Shown here: one piece after another, positions 49,003-60,300 of the stretch | Numbering within the stretch: position 1 is the first letter of the stretch | Layout of the letters: each line of letters starts with the position of its first letter | Origin: Sarea resinae | Taxonomy: Eukaryota | DNA length: 64,000 nucleotides | Reading direction: 5' to 3' | NCBI GenBank assembly: GCA_026026165.1 | Contig: JAPEUD010000011.1 | Coordinates: forward strand, 1 to 64,000 | Notes under the pieces: model-generated | What the model was told of the DNA's origin: nothing | Database searches by the model: none | The model's input: the letters and a program-made list of their open reading frames with translations, nothing else | Program-made: the position numbers and the translations under genes

Positions 49003-49829
49003 ATGTATTCGACAAAGCAGCTGTCGTACGCGCCAACGCCGTACAGCTACACTCCAAACCCGTCGCTGTCGGCGACCATCAACCTCGACGAAGTGTGCCA
49101 TCACCGACGAGTCCTTTGATGCGAGCGTTTGCTGATCTACCTACCTGTGACAGGAAGTTAAGCTATCAACAACAACTGCAGAAAGGGACCTCTATGACTC
49201 CTTGGCCGAGATCTACAGCATCATCGTCACGCTGGATGCGCTCGAAAAGGCCTACATCAAGGATTCGATCACCGAGGCCGAATACACCGAGACCTGCAAT
49301 CGACTGCTGAAGCAATATAAATCCAATCTAAGCGACGAGACCGTGTCGAGAGTATTTGTCGACCTAGACGCTTTCAAACGCGAATGGAATGTAAGTGCTC
49401 CATGGGTTCGGGGATGATGAATCTGGCTGAGAAGTGTCATAGATGGAGTGTCCGCGTGCCACGGAACGGCTGCGTGTGGGAATTCCAGCTACTGTCGAAC
49501 AGCCATCGCACAATTCAGCCACGAATAATGGCGGCGGCGGGGCAGCTGGTAGTCTCATCCTTGCTGCGACAGAGAACTTCATCACTTTTCTCGATGCGCT
49601 GAAACTCAACATGGTGTCCAAAGACAGCCTTCACCCTCTACTGTCCGACGTCATACAATCCGCCAACAAGGTCACGGACAAAGACTACGAACATCGGGGG
49701 AAGATTGTCCAGTGGCTAATTACCTTGAACCAGATGAGAGCCACCGAGGAGCTTACGGAGGAGCAAGCGCGAGAGCTCGCCTTCGACATAGAAGAAGCGT
49801 ATCACGGTTTCAAGGCAACGTTGAATTAG
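49003..49829 (+). CDS. VPS28: ESCRT-I subunit Vps28; spliced
   Basis: Introns 49093-49153 and 49391-49442. Reads INLDE|EVKL...ERDLYDSLAEIYSIIVTLDALEKAYIKD, then FITFLDALKLN...LHPLLSD. Confidence 0.95.
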
Positions 49830-50125
49830 ACCGAGGGAGGTGGTGGGCAGTCATAGTGTATCTCAGCTGGGCGGCACATGACTAATTTACGATCACTGAA
49901 GTGCGGTCGTGATGCTCTGATGCGTTGCGAGGAGGTGCTCGGGACGGCGAGTCATGACTGTCTCGGGTCCGTTCGGAGTATGAAGTATCGCCAGGAACAA
50001 GAGGAACAGCACGCGAAAAGCACGGACCACACCTTATTTACCTGTCCGAATTTTCCTCTTATCTCTTCATCCCCCAACCCCGCCGCTGATAACAGCCTCG
50101 AGGGTATGTCCTCTGAATATGCGAA

Positions 50126-51362
50126 ATGCTCGTCGAGGCTGCTGACATGGACGCCGGTCCACTTCACGGTAAGTCGTTTTGTCGTTGTTTCTTCCAGCTG
50201 ACACGTCATCGCTGACAGACGCTAATCAAAGAATCCTAGTGTTGGATCTTCCACAATTATACCTGCGACCCTCTGCAGATGCGCTTCTCGATGCGTTGAA
50301 CATCGTGGCCCTTGAGCCTATCTCCTGGGACGTCAACAACGCAAAACTTCAGCCAACACTACCACGAGTGCATCCCGAAGGGCTGACGAAATATCTGACT
50401 TCCATCGTGGCAAGCAGTCTGCGATGGATCGAAGATTATGACCTCAAAGAGAAGATATGGGAATTGGCTAGTGTTCGGTTGAGCGAGCGCTCTGGCCGAA
50501 CAGGTGCGTTGCGCTCTGAATGTCTCGACGTTCGCAAACACTGACACTAGTTTTCTTTGCCAAAGCGCAACCCGCTATGTCACGCACATTCGATATTCCT
50601 CTTACACCTTCCACAACCGCGTCCATCACCCTTCACGAGCCCTCTTTGACGGCCGACAATCTTGGTCTCAAGACTTGGGCGTCATCATACCTACTCTCTC
50701 GCCGCCTTCACCTTCTCCAACTTCCCCATTCATCGTCCGAAGACTTCCGCCCCCGAGTCCTCGAACTTGGCTCCGGCACGGGCCTCGTTGGTATTGCCGC
50801 TGCCACGGTCTGGGGCGCCCAAGTCCATCTGACAGACCTCCCCGAGATTGTCACAAACCTCGCGCACAACGTCGACGCCAATTTATCCGTTATCAATGAA
50901 AATAGCGGCAAAGCGACAACAGGAGTGCTGGATTGGACGCAGTTCTCGACCGATACACCTTTGTCAGCATTGTCTACACCTTGGTCTTCACCCTCGTTCG
51001 CAAATCTGCCGTCATCATCAGAATTCTACCCAACGATCTTAGCAGCAGATCCTCTTTACTCGCCCGCTCACCCCCAGCTCCTAGTCCAGACGATAAATGC
51101 CTTGCTCTCTCGCACTCCCGGTGCGCGTGTCGTGGTGGAGCTGCCTCTCCGTGAGGCTTATATGCCTGAGATTGAGGAGTTTGGCGCTCGAATGCATGAC
51201 ATAGGGTTGTTGGTTCTAGATGAAGGCGAGGAGGTCGGCTTTGATGATTGGGGTGGAGGGGCGGAGGATGGTGGCGGATTGAGGGAGGTGAGATGCTGGT
51301 GGGGGATCTGGGGGTGGGCTGCGAATAAGCAAGAGGCTGTGAATGGTGACGTGGGACGATGA
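50126..51362 (+). CDS. Protein-lysine N-methyltransferase, EFM2/Rrg1-like (methyltransferase family 16); spliced
   Basis: Introns 50169-50239 and 50504-50565. Motifs SERSGRTA, LHEPSLTADNLGLKTW, VLELGSGTGLVG, LTDL, LDW, AADPLY. The start could be ATG 50126 or the in-frame ATG 50147. Confidence 0.88.
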
Positions 51363-51623
51363 CATTGATTGCGATCTGCGATCCGGTTCAAGGTTGAAAA
51401 TAGACTTCATATATTTTATACAAGGTTGGACCTGGACCGACCCCGCATTAGTATACCTAGAAATCGAAAGATAGAATAATGGCGCCAATCCTGACACCGC
51501 ATATTGTTTTGCCCAAGCTCCAAACCCTGCAATCCCAACGAAAGGAGCAGTTACCCCACCGATGACCTCAAGAAATGGAACTAGGCCATGATCAAAAACC
51601 AAACGCATCCCGCCACTTATGGA

Positions 51624-52389
51624 CTATTTTTTCCGGTCCTCTTCCATCTTCTTCAGCTCCTCCGGCTTCGGCAAGAGCTTCCTCTCGAGGCTGATCTCCA
51701 GCACGGGCCTCTTCTCCCCCAAGCTCTTCAGATGATCTTCATTGCGATCGAAAAAAAGCGCCCACACGCCACCTTCTGGACCATCTTCCTCGTCGCCCTC
51801 ATCCTCTTCCCGCACTGCGACGAACTGCTCTCGCCCCTCGAACGTCAAGCCTTCTTGATCGGGCTCCGTCCAGTCCCACGGCCCGACATGGTGCTGACGA
51901 CTCTGTGTGCGGTTGCCGTATTTGACCTCCAGCGTGTCTTTGTCGACGTACAGCCAGTTCAGCATCGGCGGGTCGTAGGCGATGGTCGAGACGAGGCCGC
52001 GTGTCGCTTCGCGCTCTTCGTCCGGGTACTGGATGTAGAATGCGCTCAGGGGGTGAGCGGCCGGCTTAGTCTGGGAGGGCTTTTGGAGGTACGCCTGGCG
52101 TGCAAGGTCAGTCAGTCGGTGATTTCAGATGGGCACATCGTTGTGGAGGACGTAATGCAACGCAGCCCAACGTAAAGCAACGCACCTTGTCGTTCCTGAG
52201 AACCACGCGACTGCCGTGGATAAAGCGGCGCTTGCTCGAGCGCGCGCCGCAGAAGACGTCGGCGTGGAATTTGGCCAGCCGTTCGGCGTCGGCGTCTTGT
52301 TTGTTCTTCTCTTTTTGCTGCGAAACGCCTTCGCAGACGCCGATGGTGGTGGGGATGGCGGCGATGGTGAGGAGACCAAGTACCATCAT
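51624..52389 (-). CDS. Hypothetical fungal protein, probably conserved; spliced
   Basis: Intron 52095-52185 (GTGCGT...CTGAC...CAG) joins MMVLGLLTIAAIPTTIGVCEG...VVLRNDK in frame to AYL...FYIQYP...GLVSTIAYDPPMLNWLYVD...GPWDWT. Codon usage is biased to G/C endings. Confidence 0.8.
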
Positions 52390-52976
52390 GCCGGACTATG
52401 TTCGCGTTTTAGCTGGTGGAAATAGTGGCGTAGGTATCGTCAATTGGGCAGGATAGAGTAGGTAGAGGGAGGGCCATGCAGATTTCAGGTTTGGATGGAA
52501 TGCGGCGATCCACGCCGTCATAGGTCGAGGCGATAGAGCAGCGGCCGATCAGAGCAGATCAATCAGATCAGATCAATCTGATCAATCTGATCTAATCTTA
52601 TCTTGCCGAACTATCACCACCACCACCGCCACCACCCACCACCTCCGGCTGCCCCTCATACTAATACCGTGTAGTTGCTCGTGTGCTCGCTCGCTCGCTC
52701 GTTAACAGCAGCGGTTTCTCGACTACGCAGTTGATTCTATCACGAGCGAAATTGCTTCAAAGGGCCGAATCCGAGCTCCTCAACAATCATGCTTTCGTCT
52801 GCGCATAGCCCACCAGCTCCGCGAGATAAGAATCCCCCACGGCGGCTTTTCCCCGTCGCAACGCGCACGCGCAACAAACAGCAACCGACATACAGCCGTG
52901 GATGCGCCTGTGCGATGGTGATGCGAAAGAGACGCTGATTTCGGAATTGCGACCTTTTTGACTACTCATCGTCATC

Positions 52977-54326
52977 ATGGCTGGCTTCATGCGGCCGTTT
53001 TCCAGTACGAGTCTTCCCATCTACTGTCGCACATTCCGAAGACTGACATCTCCAGCAACGGCCTCGAAACTAGCATCCAAAGCCCCTGCTCCCTCCTCAA
53101 CCACCATGGCAGCAGCGGCAGCGGCAGCAGCGGCAGCAACATCGACCGACCACACGCCCACCATATTCCGCGAGATCGCCGCCCTTCGCGCCCACAGGAA
53201 AGACATCCTCTTCTCGCGGCAAACGGTCGGACTCGTGCCGACCATGGGGGCGCTGCACGCCGGCCACGTCTCACTGATCCGGGCCGCCGCGGCAGAGAAC
53301 AGCCACGTCTTCGTCAGCATCTACGTCAACCCGACCCAGTTCGCCGTCAACGAGGATCTGGACTCGTATCCGCGCACCTGGGACCACGACCTGCAGATCC
53401 TGTCCTCGCTGAACGCCGAGTTCGCCGCCCAGGCCCAGAAGCAGAAGCAGGACCAATCCCAATCTCAGTCGCCTCAGCACAACGCCGACAACGACGACAA
53501 CAACTCCCACCTACCAGGCCGCATCAGCGCCGTCTTCGCCCCGACCTCGCAAACCATGTATCCCACCTCCCCGCCGTCCTCGGACCCCTCGGGCGCCGGC
53601 ACCTTCATCACCCTAACACCACTATCGACATACCTAGAAGGCGCCTCACGGCCGATCTTCTTCCGCGGCGTGGCGACAGTGTGCGCCAAGCTCTTCAACA
53701 TCAGCACGCCCGACGCCGTCTACTTTGGCCAGAAAGACATGCAGCAGAGCGTCATCATCCGGCGCCTGGTGCGCGACCTGCACTTCGCCACGGCCGTGCG
53801 CGTGGTCCCGACCGTGCGCGACGCCCGCGACGGCCTGGCCCTGAGCTCGCGCAACGTCTACCTCGGCGCCCGCCGCCGCGCCGCCGCCGCCGCCGTGCTG
53901 CCCCGCATGCTGGCGCGCGCCCAGCAGGCCTACGACAGCGCGAGACAGCCACGGACGGGCCTGCCGCCGCCGGCCATCACGCGGGCGGCGGTCCTGGAGC
54001 CGGCGATCTCGCTTTTCGAGGAGGAGCTCGCTGCGCACGCACGTTTGCCGCCGGGCCGCCGCGTGTCCTTTGAGCTCGATTACCTGTCGCTGGCCGATCC
54101 GGAGTCATTGGAGGAGGTCGAGGTTGTGGATCCCGCCAGGGGGGCGGTCGTCAGTGTCGCGGTGAGGATGATGCCGCTTGAGCCGGTGGCCTTGGGGGCC
54201 GCGAAGGAGGGGGACGCAAAGGAAGGGGGGGAGGAGAAGGAAGATCGTGGGTTAGGCGGCGGCACGGGCGTTGTTCGATTGATTGATAATGTCGTTTTGG
54301 AGCCCTTTGGTAAAGGGGCAGTATAG
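52977..54326 (+). CDS. PAN6: Pantoate--beta-alanine ligase (pantothenate synthetase)
   Basis: Intronless 449-aa ORF. Motifs VPTMGALHAGH (HIGH-like), SIYVNPTQF, LEGASRPIFFRGVATVCAKLFN, YFGQKD, DGLALSSRNVYL, VRLIDN. Confidence 0.95.
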   Translation: MAGFMRPFSSTSLPIYCRTFRRLTSPATASKLASKAPAPSSTTMAAAAAAAAAATSTDHTPTIFREIAALRAHRKDILFSRQTVGLVPTMGALHAGHVSLIRAAAAENSHVFVSIYVNPTQFAVNEDLDSYPRTWDHDLQILSSLNAEFAAQAQKQKQDQSQSQSPQHNADNDDNNSHLPGRISAVFAPTSQTMYPTSPPSSDPSGAGTFITLTPLSTYLEGASRPIFFRGVATVCAKLFNISTPDAVYFGQKDMQQSVIIRRLVRDLHFATAVRVVPTVRDARDGLALSSRNVYLGARRRAAAAAVLPRMLARAQQAYDSARQPRTGLPPPAITRAAVLEPAISLFEEELAAHARLPPGRRVSFELDYLSLADPESLEEVEVVDPARGAVVSVAVRMMPLEPVALGAAKEGDAKEGGEEKEDRGLGGGTGVVRLIDNVVLEPFGKGAV

Positions 54327-54359
54327 ATGGATAGAGATAGGCGACTGGGGCGGTAGTCG

Positions 54360-55130
54360 ATGAGATATATAGATGGACATCATAGCCTACTTTCTTTCTT
54401 CTATTCTTTCATCCCTGTTCCTCTTTCTTCCTAGCATACTCGACACATATAAACCAAGAGAATAAAACCAACATCTCATCTCATCTCATCTCACCTTATC
54501 TCACTCTTTTCCCTCTTACACTTCCCCTCACTCTGATCCTTGACACAGAATATCACACTTGATCCTCTCTTCTCTTCTCTTGTAAGGTAAGGTAGGGGAC
54601 TAGAATCAATCGCTAGACTGATTAATATTCTACTATACTATTACTATATTATACTATACCTTGTTGTTAGTTATATTTTGGTATAATATAGAGGGTTAAT
54701 TTCTCTCTCTCTCTCTTACTCTCACCTTCTTATACCTTAGTTAGTTTGATTACTTAGTTTGATAAATCTATACTACATTAGAAAGGCTAGAAAGGCAATA
54801 ACGACAGCTCTACCAACGAGTATAGCGGAGACTATGTTGATAGCTACAACAACACCAACAACGACAGGGTACAACAATCAACGGCTATGATACGCTATAC
54901 CTTACTATCCTATACTATACTATAATACTAGCTATACTATAATACTAGCTATAGTAGAAAAACAGCTATATTATCAAAACAGCTTTACTGTAATCATAGC
55001 TCTAGAACCCTCTCTCGAGTGCCTACCTAGCTTAGCTTGTGTAGTCTATTTACACTGTCTAGCCTATTTACACGACTTACACGGCTTACACGGCTTACAC
55101 GGCTTACACTACTATAAGTATAGTAGGTAG
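54360..55130. repeat. AT-rich, TpA-rich low-complexity tract with a 9-nt tandem repeat (TTACACGGC, about 4.7 copies at 55068-55109); possible RIP-eroded relic
   Basis: Runs such as ctactatactattactatattatactatac and (tatactataatactagc)2 contrast sharply with the GC-rich flanking genes. Confidence 0.6.
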
Positions 55131-55783
55131 GGTAAGGTGAGGTAGGTAGGTAAGACAAGGTAGGTAAGGTAGGCAGATATATGCACGTAGGAGCTAACGC
55201 GATGAGAGAGCTGGCCAAGGGGATGAGCGAGTGAGCCAGCGAGTAAGTAAATGAGTGAGTGAGTGAGTAAGTACAAGACAACAAACAAACCGAACCGAAG
55301 CAATCTAGCGATATCCAGGTGTTTATTCGATGGGGAGGCGGGGATGAGATTTCTACGTACGTACGTGTGATTGAGTTCGGCATGAGGGGATGTGACGCAT
55401 ATATATACATATATATAGCTGCTAGGTAGGTTTTAAAGGATTCGGGGATAGGATTCAGGGGGTTTAGACGAGTTCAAAAGGGGAGGAGGGGGTTGCTCTT
55501 GCTTCGCCGTCCGTAAGTCCTCATTTGCCTGCCTGCCTGCCTGCCTGCCTGTCTGTCTGCCCGGACCAAGGATATTCTTTTCTTGCAACGCCCTTGTGAA
55601 AAAGGAGATCGAGGGATTGAGAGAAGCAAATACCCATTTTTCACCCCTCTACCCCGTGTACGCCGTCCAACTCCGCCAGCCCGGCATAGTCGAAAAACAG
55701 AGAAGAAACACCATTAATGCACGCATGCCACGGCCCAGCTCTTCAACGACCAGCCACGCCCACCGGAATCCAAGATCCAGGAA

Positions 55784-57316
55784 TCAAACCAGAAAAGTCC
55801 AGTAATTCGGATAGACAAATTCGCGCTCGAAGATGCGGCGGACCTGCTCGAGCACGAACCGCTCCACCTTGCCCACGTTCTTGAGCACCTGCTTGCCATT
55901 CTCCTTCTGTCCGATCTCGGACTCCACTTTGATCTCGCGCAGCAGTCCGCCTCCTGGTGGCACGGGCATGGTCGTCGTCGTTGCAGGCGCGGGAGCGGGG
56001 CCCGGGCTGGGTGTCGGTGTTGGCATGAAGCCGCGGCCGCTTGAATTGATGCCGTGAGCAGGAGGCGCCGAACTGGCACTCGTACCGGGCCGAGAAGAGG
56101 TAGCATCAGCAGTAGAAGTGGCCTCGCGATTGCCCTCGCCCTCTTCGGCCCCGATGAGCGCCTCGGCGTCCTCGGGATGCAGGAAGCAAAAGTGCGCACG
56201 TTTGCGTATATACGCTGTGATGGCAACCCCGTCGAACGTCAGACCCGTGATGTTGAGCTTGAGCGGGATCCCGACGAAGCTGGGCATCGGGTAGTCCAGC
56301 AGGATCTCGGCCGTTAGCGAGAGCCGGACGTCGCCGGCGTATTTGACGCGCGAGATCACCTGAACGTCTGAGGCGCGTTTTTCGCGTATGCGCGGAGGCT
56401 GCGGCGACGCCTCGTCTTCTTCTTCTTGTTGTTGCTCTGTAGTCTCGAGCGATGCGTCGCCGCCATATGCGTCCAGTACGGTAGGCGCTCGAGACCCCGC
56501 GGCGGAGTTCGCGGTGGAAGGAGGTGAAAGCGAGCTCGAGGACGTAGAGTACTGGTGATGACTGGCATTACCCTGTCCCCGATTATCTCCTGGACTCTCC
56601 CCCTGTTGCTGCTGGGCCAGCGGGGAATCCGAACGGTCTGGGCGGGCTACTCCATTTGGGAATTGGGCGGCGCCCGCCACAGCCGCCAGAGGAGTCTGTG
56701 TGCCCGAGAGACTGGCTCCGAGAGGCAGGTGGAAGTAGTTGAGATTCGAGGTGCCACCCGGGATGCCGGGAGTGTTGGATCTCGATAGGATGGGGCTCCC
56801 GATCGGATCGGCGGGATTGAGCATCGAGCGGAAACCGGGTAGGCGGGTGTCGATGTAAGGTGGTGGCTGATGGTGCTGGCGCTGCGCAGATGCAGCATCC
56901 TCGCCCTCGGGAGCAATCTTGTGTGACTTGAACTGTTGCTGCTGTTGCTGTTGCTGATGCTGCTGCTGTCGTTGCTGCCGCTCCGCTCGCCGGCGTTCTC
57001 TCGAAGCTATGGCGTCGTCGTCCCTCGAGATGGGCATCGGACCCGGTGCTTCCGGCTCCTCATCTTCGTCCTCGGACTCATCGTCATCATACTCATCGTC
57101 ATCCTCGTAGAAATCCGGCAAGGGATCACAGATGTCTTTCAACACGACTTCGGGAGCAACGGTTCCGAAATCAAAGGAGATCACCCGCACGGAGCGGATG
57201 AAGCGAGGCAACGGGACATGCTGAAACTTCTCATGGATGAAGCTGCGGATGGTTTCTGCAAACTCAAGACCATCGGGGCCGGACGTCAGCGTCTCCCAAT
57301 TGATTTCGATGGACAT
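55784..57316 (-). CDS. MDM12: Mitochondrial distribution and morphology protein 12 (ERMES complex, SMP domain)
   Basis: Intronless 510-aa ORF. Starts [10 protein letters not shown]...[11 protein letters not shown]; contains [19 protein letters not shown] and ESEIG...[34 protein letters not shown]. Acidic and poly-Q low-complexity inserts. Confidence 0.96.
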   Translation of the reverse strand: MSIEINWETLTSGPDGLEFAETIRSFIHEKFQHVPLPRFIRSVRVISFDFGTVAPEVVLKDICDPLPDFYEDDDEYDDDESEDEDEEPEAPGPMPISRDDDAIASRERRRAERQQRQQQHQQQQQQQQFKSHKIAPEGEDAASAQRQHHQPPPYIDTRLPGFRSMLNPADPIGSPILSRSNTPGIPGGTSNLNYFHLPLGASLSGTQTPLAAVAGAAQFPNGVARPDRSDSPLAQQQQGESPGDNRGQGNASHHQYSTSSSSLSPPSTANSAAGSRAPTVLDAYGGDASLETTEQQQEEEDEASPQPPRIREKRASDVQVISRVKYAGDVRLSLTAEILLDYPMPSFVGIPLKLNITGLTFDGVAITAYIRKRAHFCFLHPEDAEALIGAEEGEGNREATSTADATSSRPGTSASSAPPAHGINSSGRGFMPTPTPSPGPAPAPATTTTMPVPPGGGLLREIKVESEIGQKENGKQVLKNVGKVERFVLEQVRRIFEREFVYPNYWTFLV

Positions 57317-60300
57317 GGAGATTCTATGTCTTGCGGTGAAGCTTGAGCGTGGGATGGCGGTGGTGGTGGTCGATCGGCTGGGGTTGCTCTCGCATCGAGG
57401 GCTCGGCCGTCATCGTGGTCGCTACGGGTTGCCGACTTGAGAATTGCCCGATTGCCCTCAAAGTCATCACGGCACTGACGACAACAATCACAATCATGGA
57501 TGTCTGATGTCTTATTGTGATTAATCTTCATCCATCTACGGAGTATCTCGGCCAAGGACAGCTTGACATCCAATGCACTCTATTCCCGGTCCTCATCCTC
57601 TCAATCCGAAACCGAGTAACGCCGGGGAGACCATCTCCCCTCTCCCCCGGCCCGTCGACGACGGCGGGTCATTGACATTGAAGTGCTCACATCGACGTCA
57701 AACCCCTTGATGACGGGCCATGGTGATGACGCCTTCGATTGCTGGATGCCTTACTTCGACCATGGAAGACGGCAACGCTCTTGAATCCGATAGATCCATT
57801 ACACGCGTGTAGCTGCTTCCGAGATCGATCGTGCAACGTCGGACCAGATTTGCGAAGTGGCGGTCTGAAGCATCGTTGGGTCATTGCCAGACGGCGTCCA
57901 TGTCTATCCATCCGTCCCTGCCTCGACTTGTACGGAGCATACCCATCAGTGCGTCTATCGGCCATCACGAAGAAGCCAAGACTTCGAGACCGAGAACATC
58001 ACCGAACCGAACAGGACAGAACAGAACAGAGCAGAACAGAAGCAGGAGGACGCCCAGCGCTCGAGTCTTGGCATCCGGTACTCGGAGATCGAGCGAGGTG
58101 GGACTCTGGGCCTCTGTGGATCCTCTCCAATGCTACTGATGCTACTCTAAGGCACGAGTACTACTCCGTACTCATCCATCGTATGGAGTCGTTCATAGTG
58201 GGCTCGACTCCCCACCGCGCGCGCGTCTGTTGCTGGGCTGCATAAGGTCAAGTACGTACCTAGTACATACATTTGATCAGGTCGTGTAGCGACCGCAGCA
58301 GCTCCGGTGTCTTCGTATCTGTACCTTCGTACTTCATACTTTCAACCTGCCGTCAGCCACCGAAGCATCGTCAAATCTCAACTTCTCCCCTGTGCTCAGC
58401 TGAGCCGAAGCCAATAATAGCAGGAAGCTACTGTAGCGGGATCAACTAATCACAGACTTGAGATGAACGGTGGACGGCCCAGATTACTCCGGCCATACCG
58501 TCGACCAGCCCATCCTTTAGACGACGATAAGGAGAGTGAGCGGCACAGACAGAAAAAGTCTACCGACTTCCCCTATTTCCTAGGGATGATGTGATTTACC
58601 TTGCCGTTGCCTTCCCTCGACTCTCAGAGCGCCTATCGACTCATCGCCACCATCTCCGCTTTTGTGCCAATTGCCAGCCGGCATTGCCGAGGAGATTGTC
58701 ATTCTCTGACATTGATGGTTGCATGAGCATCCTCTTTCGCCGCAATCGTGAGATGTAGACTTCAGGGCTTCCTACCTAGCAAAGCCGTATCCTGCTCCAG
58801 CGCGGTCTACGCCGCAAGGGAACTATAACGATGACTGCCACGAGACACGGGAGGATCAGTGATGCGGCCAGTCAGAGGAACGCGTTTCTAGGTTTCTGGT
58901 CATTCTGCCAGCCGCGCCGCATTCGGATAGTCTAGGGAGTAGCCGTGTCGTGTCTCCGGACTGCTCTCTGTTGTTGTGTGCGCCGCGATGGTGCGTCTGT
59001 TGTAGTTCACTTCAGCCTGGAGTAGCTCAAGTAGTCCGATCAAATTGCCGCGTCTCATCGATCGAGGGAAGCCCCGCAAACGAGCGGGACGAGACGAATG
59101 AAACGGGCGACAGGATAGGAGAGACCCAAACGACGACCACATGTAGACAGCTTTGATATCGGCGGACGATGACTTTCTAGAGCCTCCCCGCCTCGGCCGG
59201 AGGAGTCAAAAGAGACTGCAATTGACAATATCACCTGACCGTGCCTCAATGCATGCAAGGGAGGGCACACTCCGTGAAGGAAGCGAAGGACGACGATGAT
59301 CATCTGCGTGTTGTTTGAATCCCCGTCCTTGCTAGTGCTATGGGCACGGCGTGGTAGGTTGGAAGTAGAGTACTGAGAACGAAACAAAGTCGATGGGGGA
59401 GATTTTAGCTCTGACGAGTCCGACGACTCTGACGACTCTAGCGACGGACGGCCTCACTACTGCCTGGGACTTCCTGGCCTCCCTCGTCGTCTTGTCGTGT
59501 GCTTCCGTACTACGGAGTAGGTCAGAGTATGACGACGGGCGACGACCCCTCCCGGGGACCGCATCTCGTTATCGATTGGCGAGGGTGGCACAGGCCCAAA
59601 TGATACGCCAAGATGCCCGGCATTTGGTCGCGCACTCAGCCGCCCGTCTGCAGCGGCTTAACGGCTCGAGCAAGGCAGCGTCCTGCATCGAGAGCTGCGA
59701 GTCCTGCAGGGTGACCTGGTGGCTGTATGGGCTGCATCGGCTGCATCGGCTGCATCTCGCCCACTGTACGCGTGTGTTAGTTCCTTGTTCCGGATGTAGT
59801 CCCCAGAGAACCCAGTACGGGATAGGACGCGGCCTAGTATCTACATAGTACTAGGAAGCCTTCAGGGTTCAAGGGCCAGGGCATCTCGAAATCGCATCTT
59901 AGCCATCATCGCGTGCCGTGGCTATCTGACTTTTTCCTTTTTCCTTTTCCCTTACGCGCCCGGGCGCCTTGTGTCGTGTTGGATGTACTCGTCGCTCGTC
60001 GCTCGTAGCCATGCAGCGAGGGATGGATGCTCTAGTATCGCACCCGATGCATGTCGGAACTCTCCTCAGCTCAGAGGAGTCACAACAGTCTGGGAAGATG
60101 CAAACAGGGTCGTGCACATGAGCAGACAACTATCTCCTCAGGAGGGAAACGATTTGTTGAGAGAGATCGAATTGATTATTACTCTTCCAGCATTTGCATC
60201 CTTCGCAGACGTAGCACACTCCATTCTGCCGCAGCCTGGACGCCCTCCCATCTCTAGATCGGAAACTATAACGCGTAGATGGACAGGTAAACGCAAAGGC

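Noticed and set aside
52958..54073. 371-aa plus-strand ORF overlapping PAN6
   Set aside because: Arg/Pro-rich alternative frame of a GC-rich gene; no ATG at its listed start and no recognisable domain.
14235..54326. Functional cluster linking PAN6 (pantothenate supply) to the phosphopantetheinylated NRPS-like enzyme
   Set aside because: They are about 35 kb apart with many unrelated housekeeping genes between them.
55068..55109. Telomeric repeat or CRISPR-like array
   Set aside because: GGCTTACAC resembles the fission-yeast telomere unit only superficially. It has under five copies, is internal and has no spacers.
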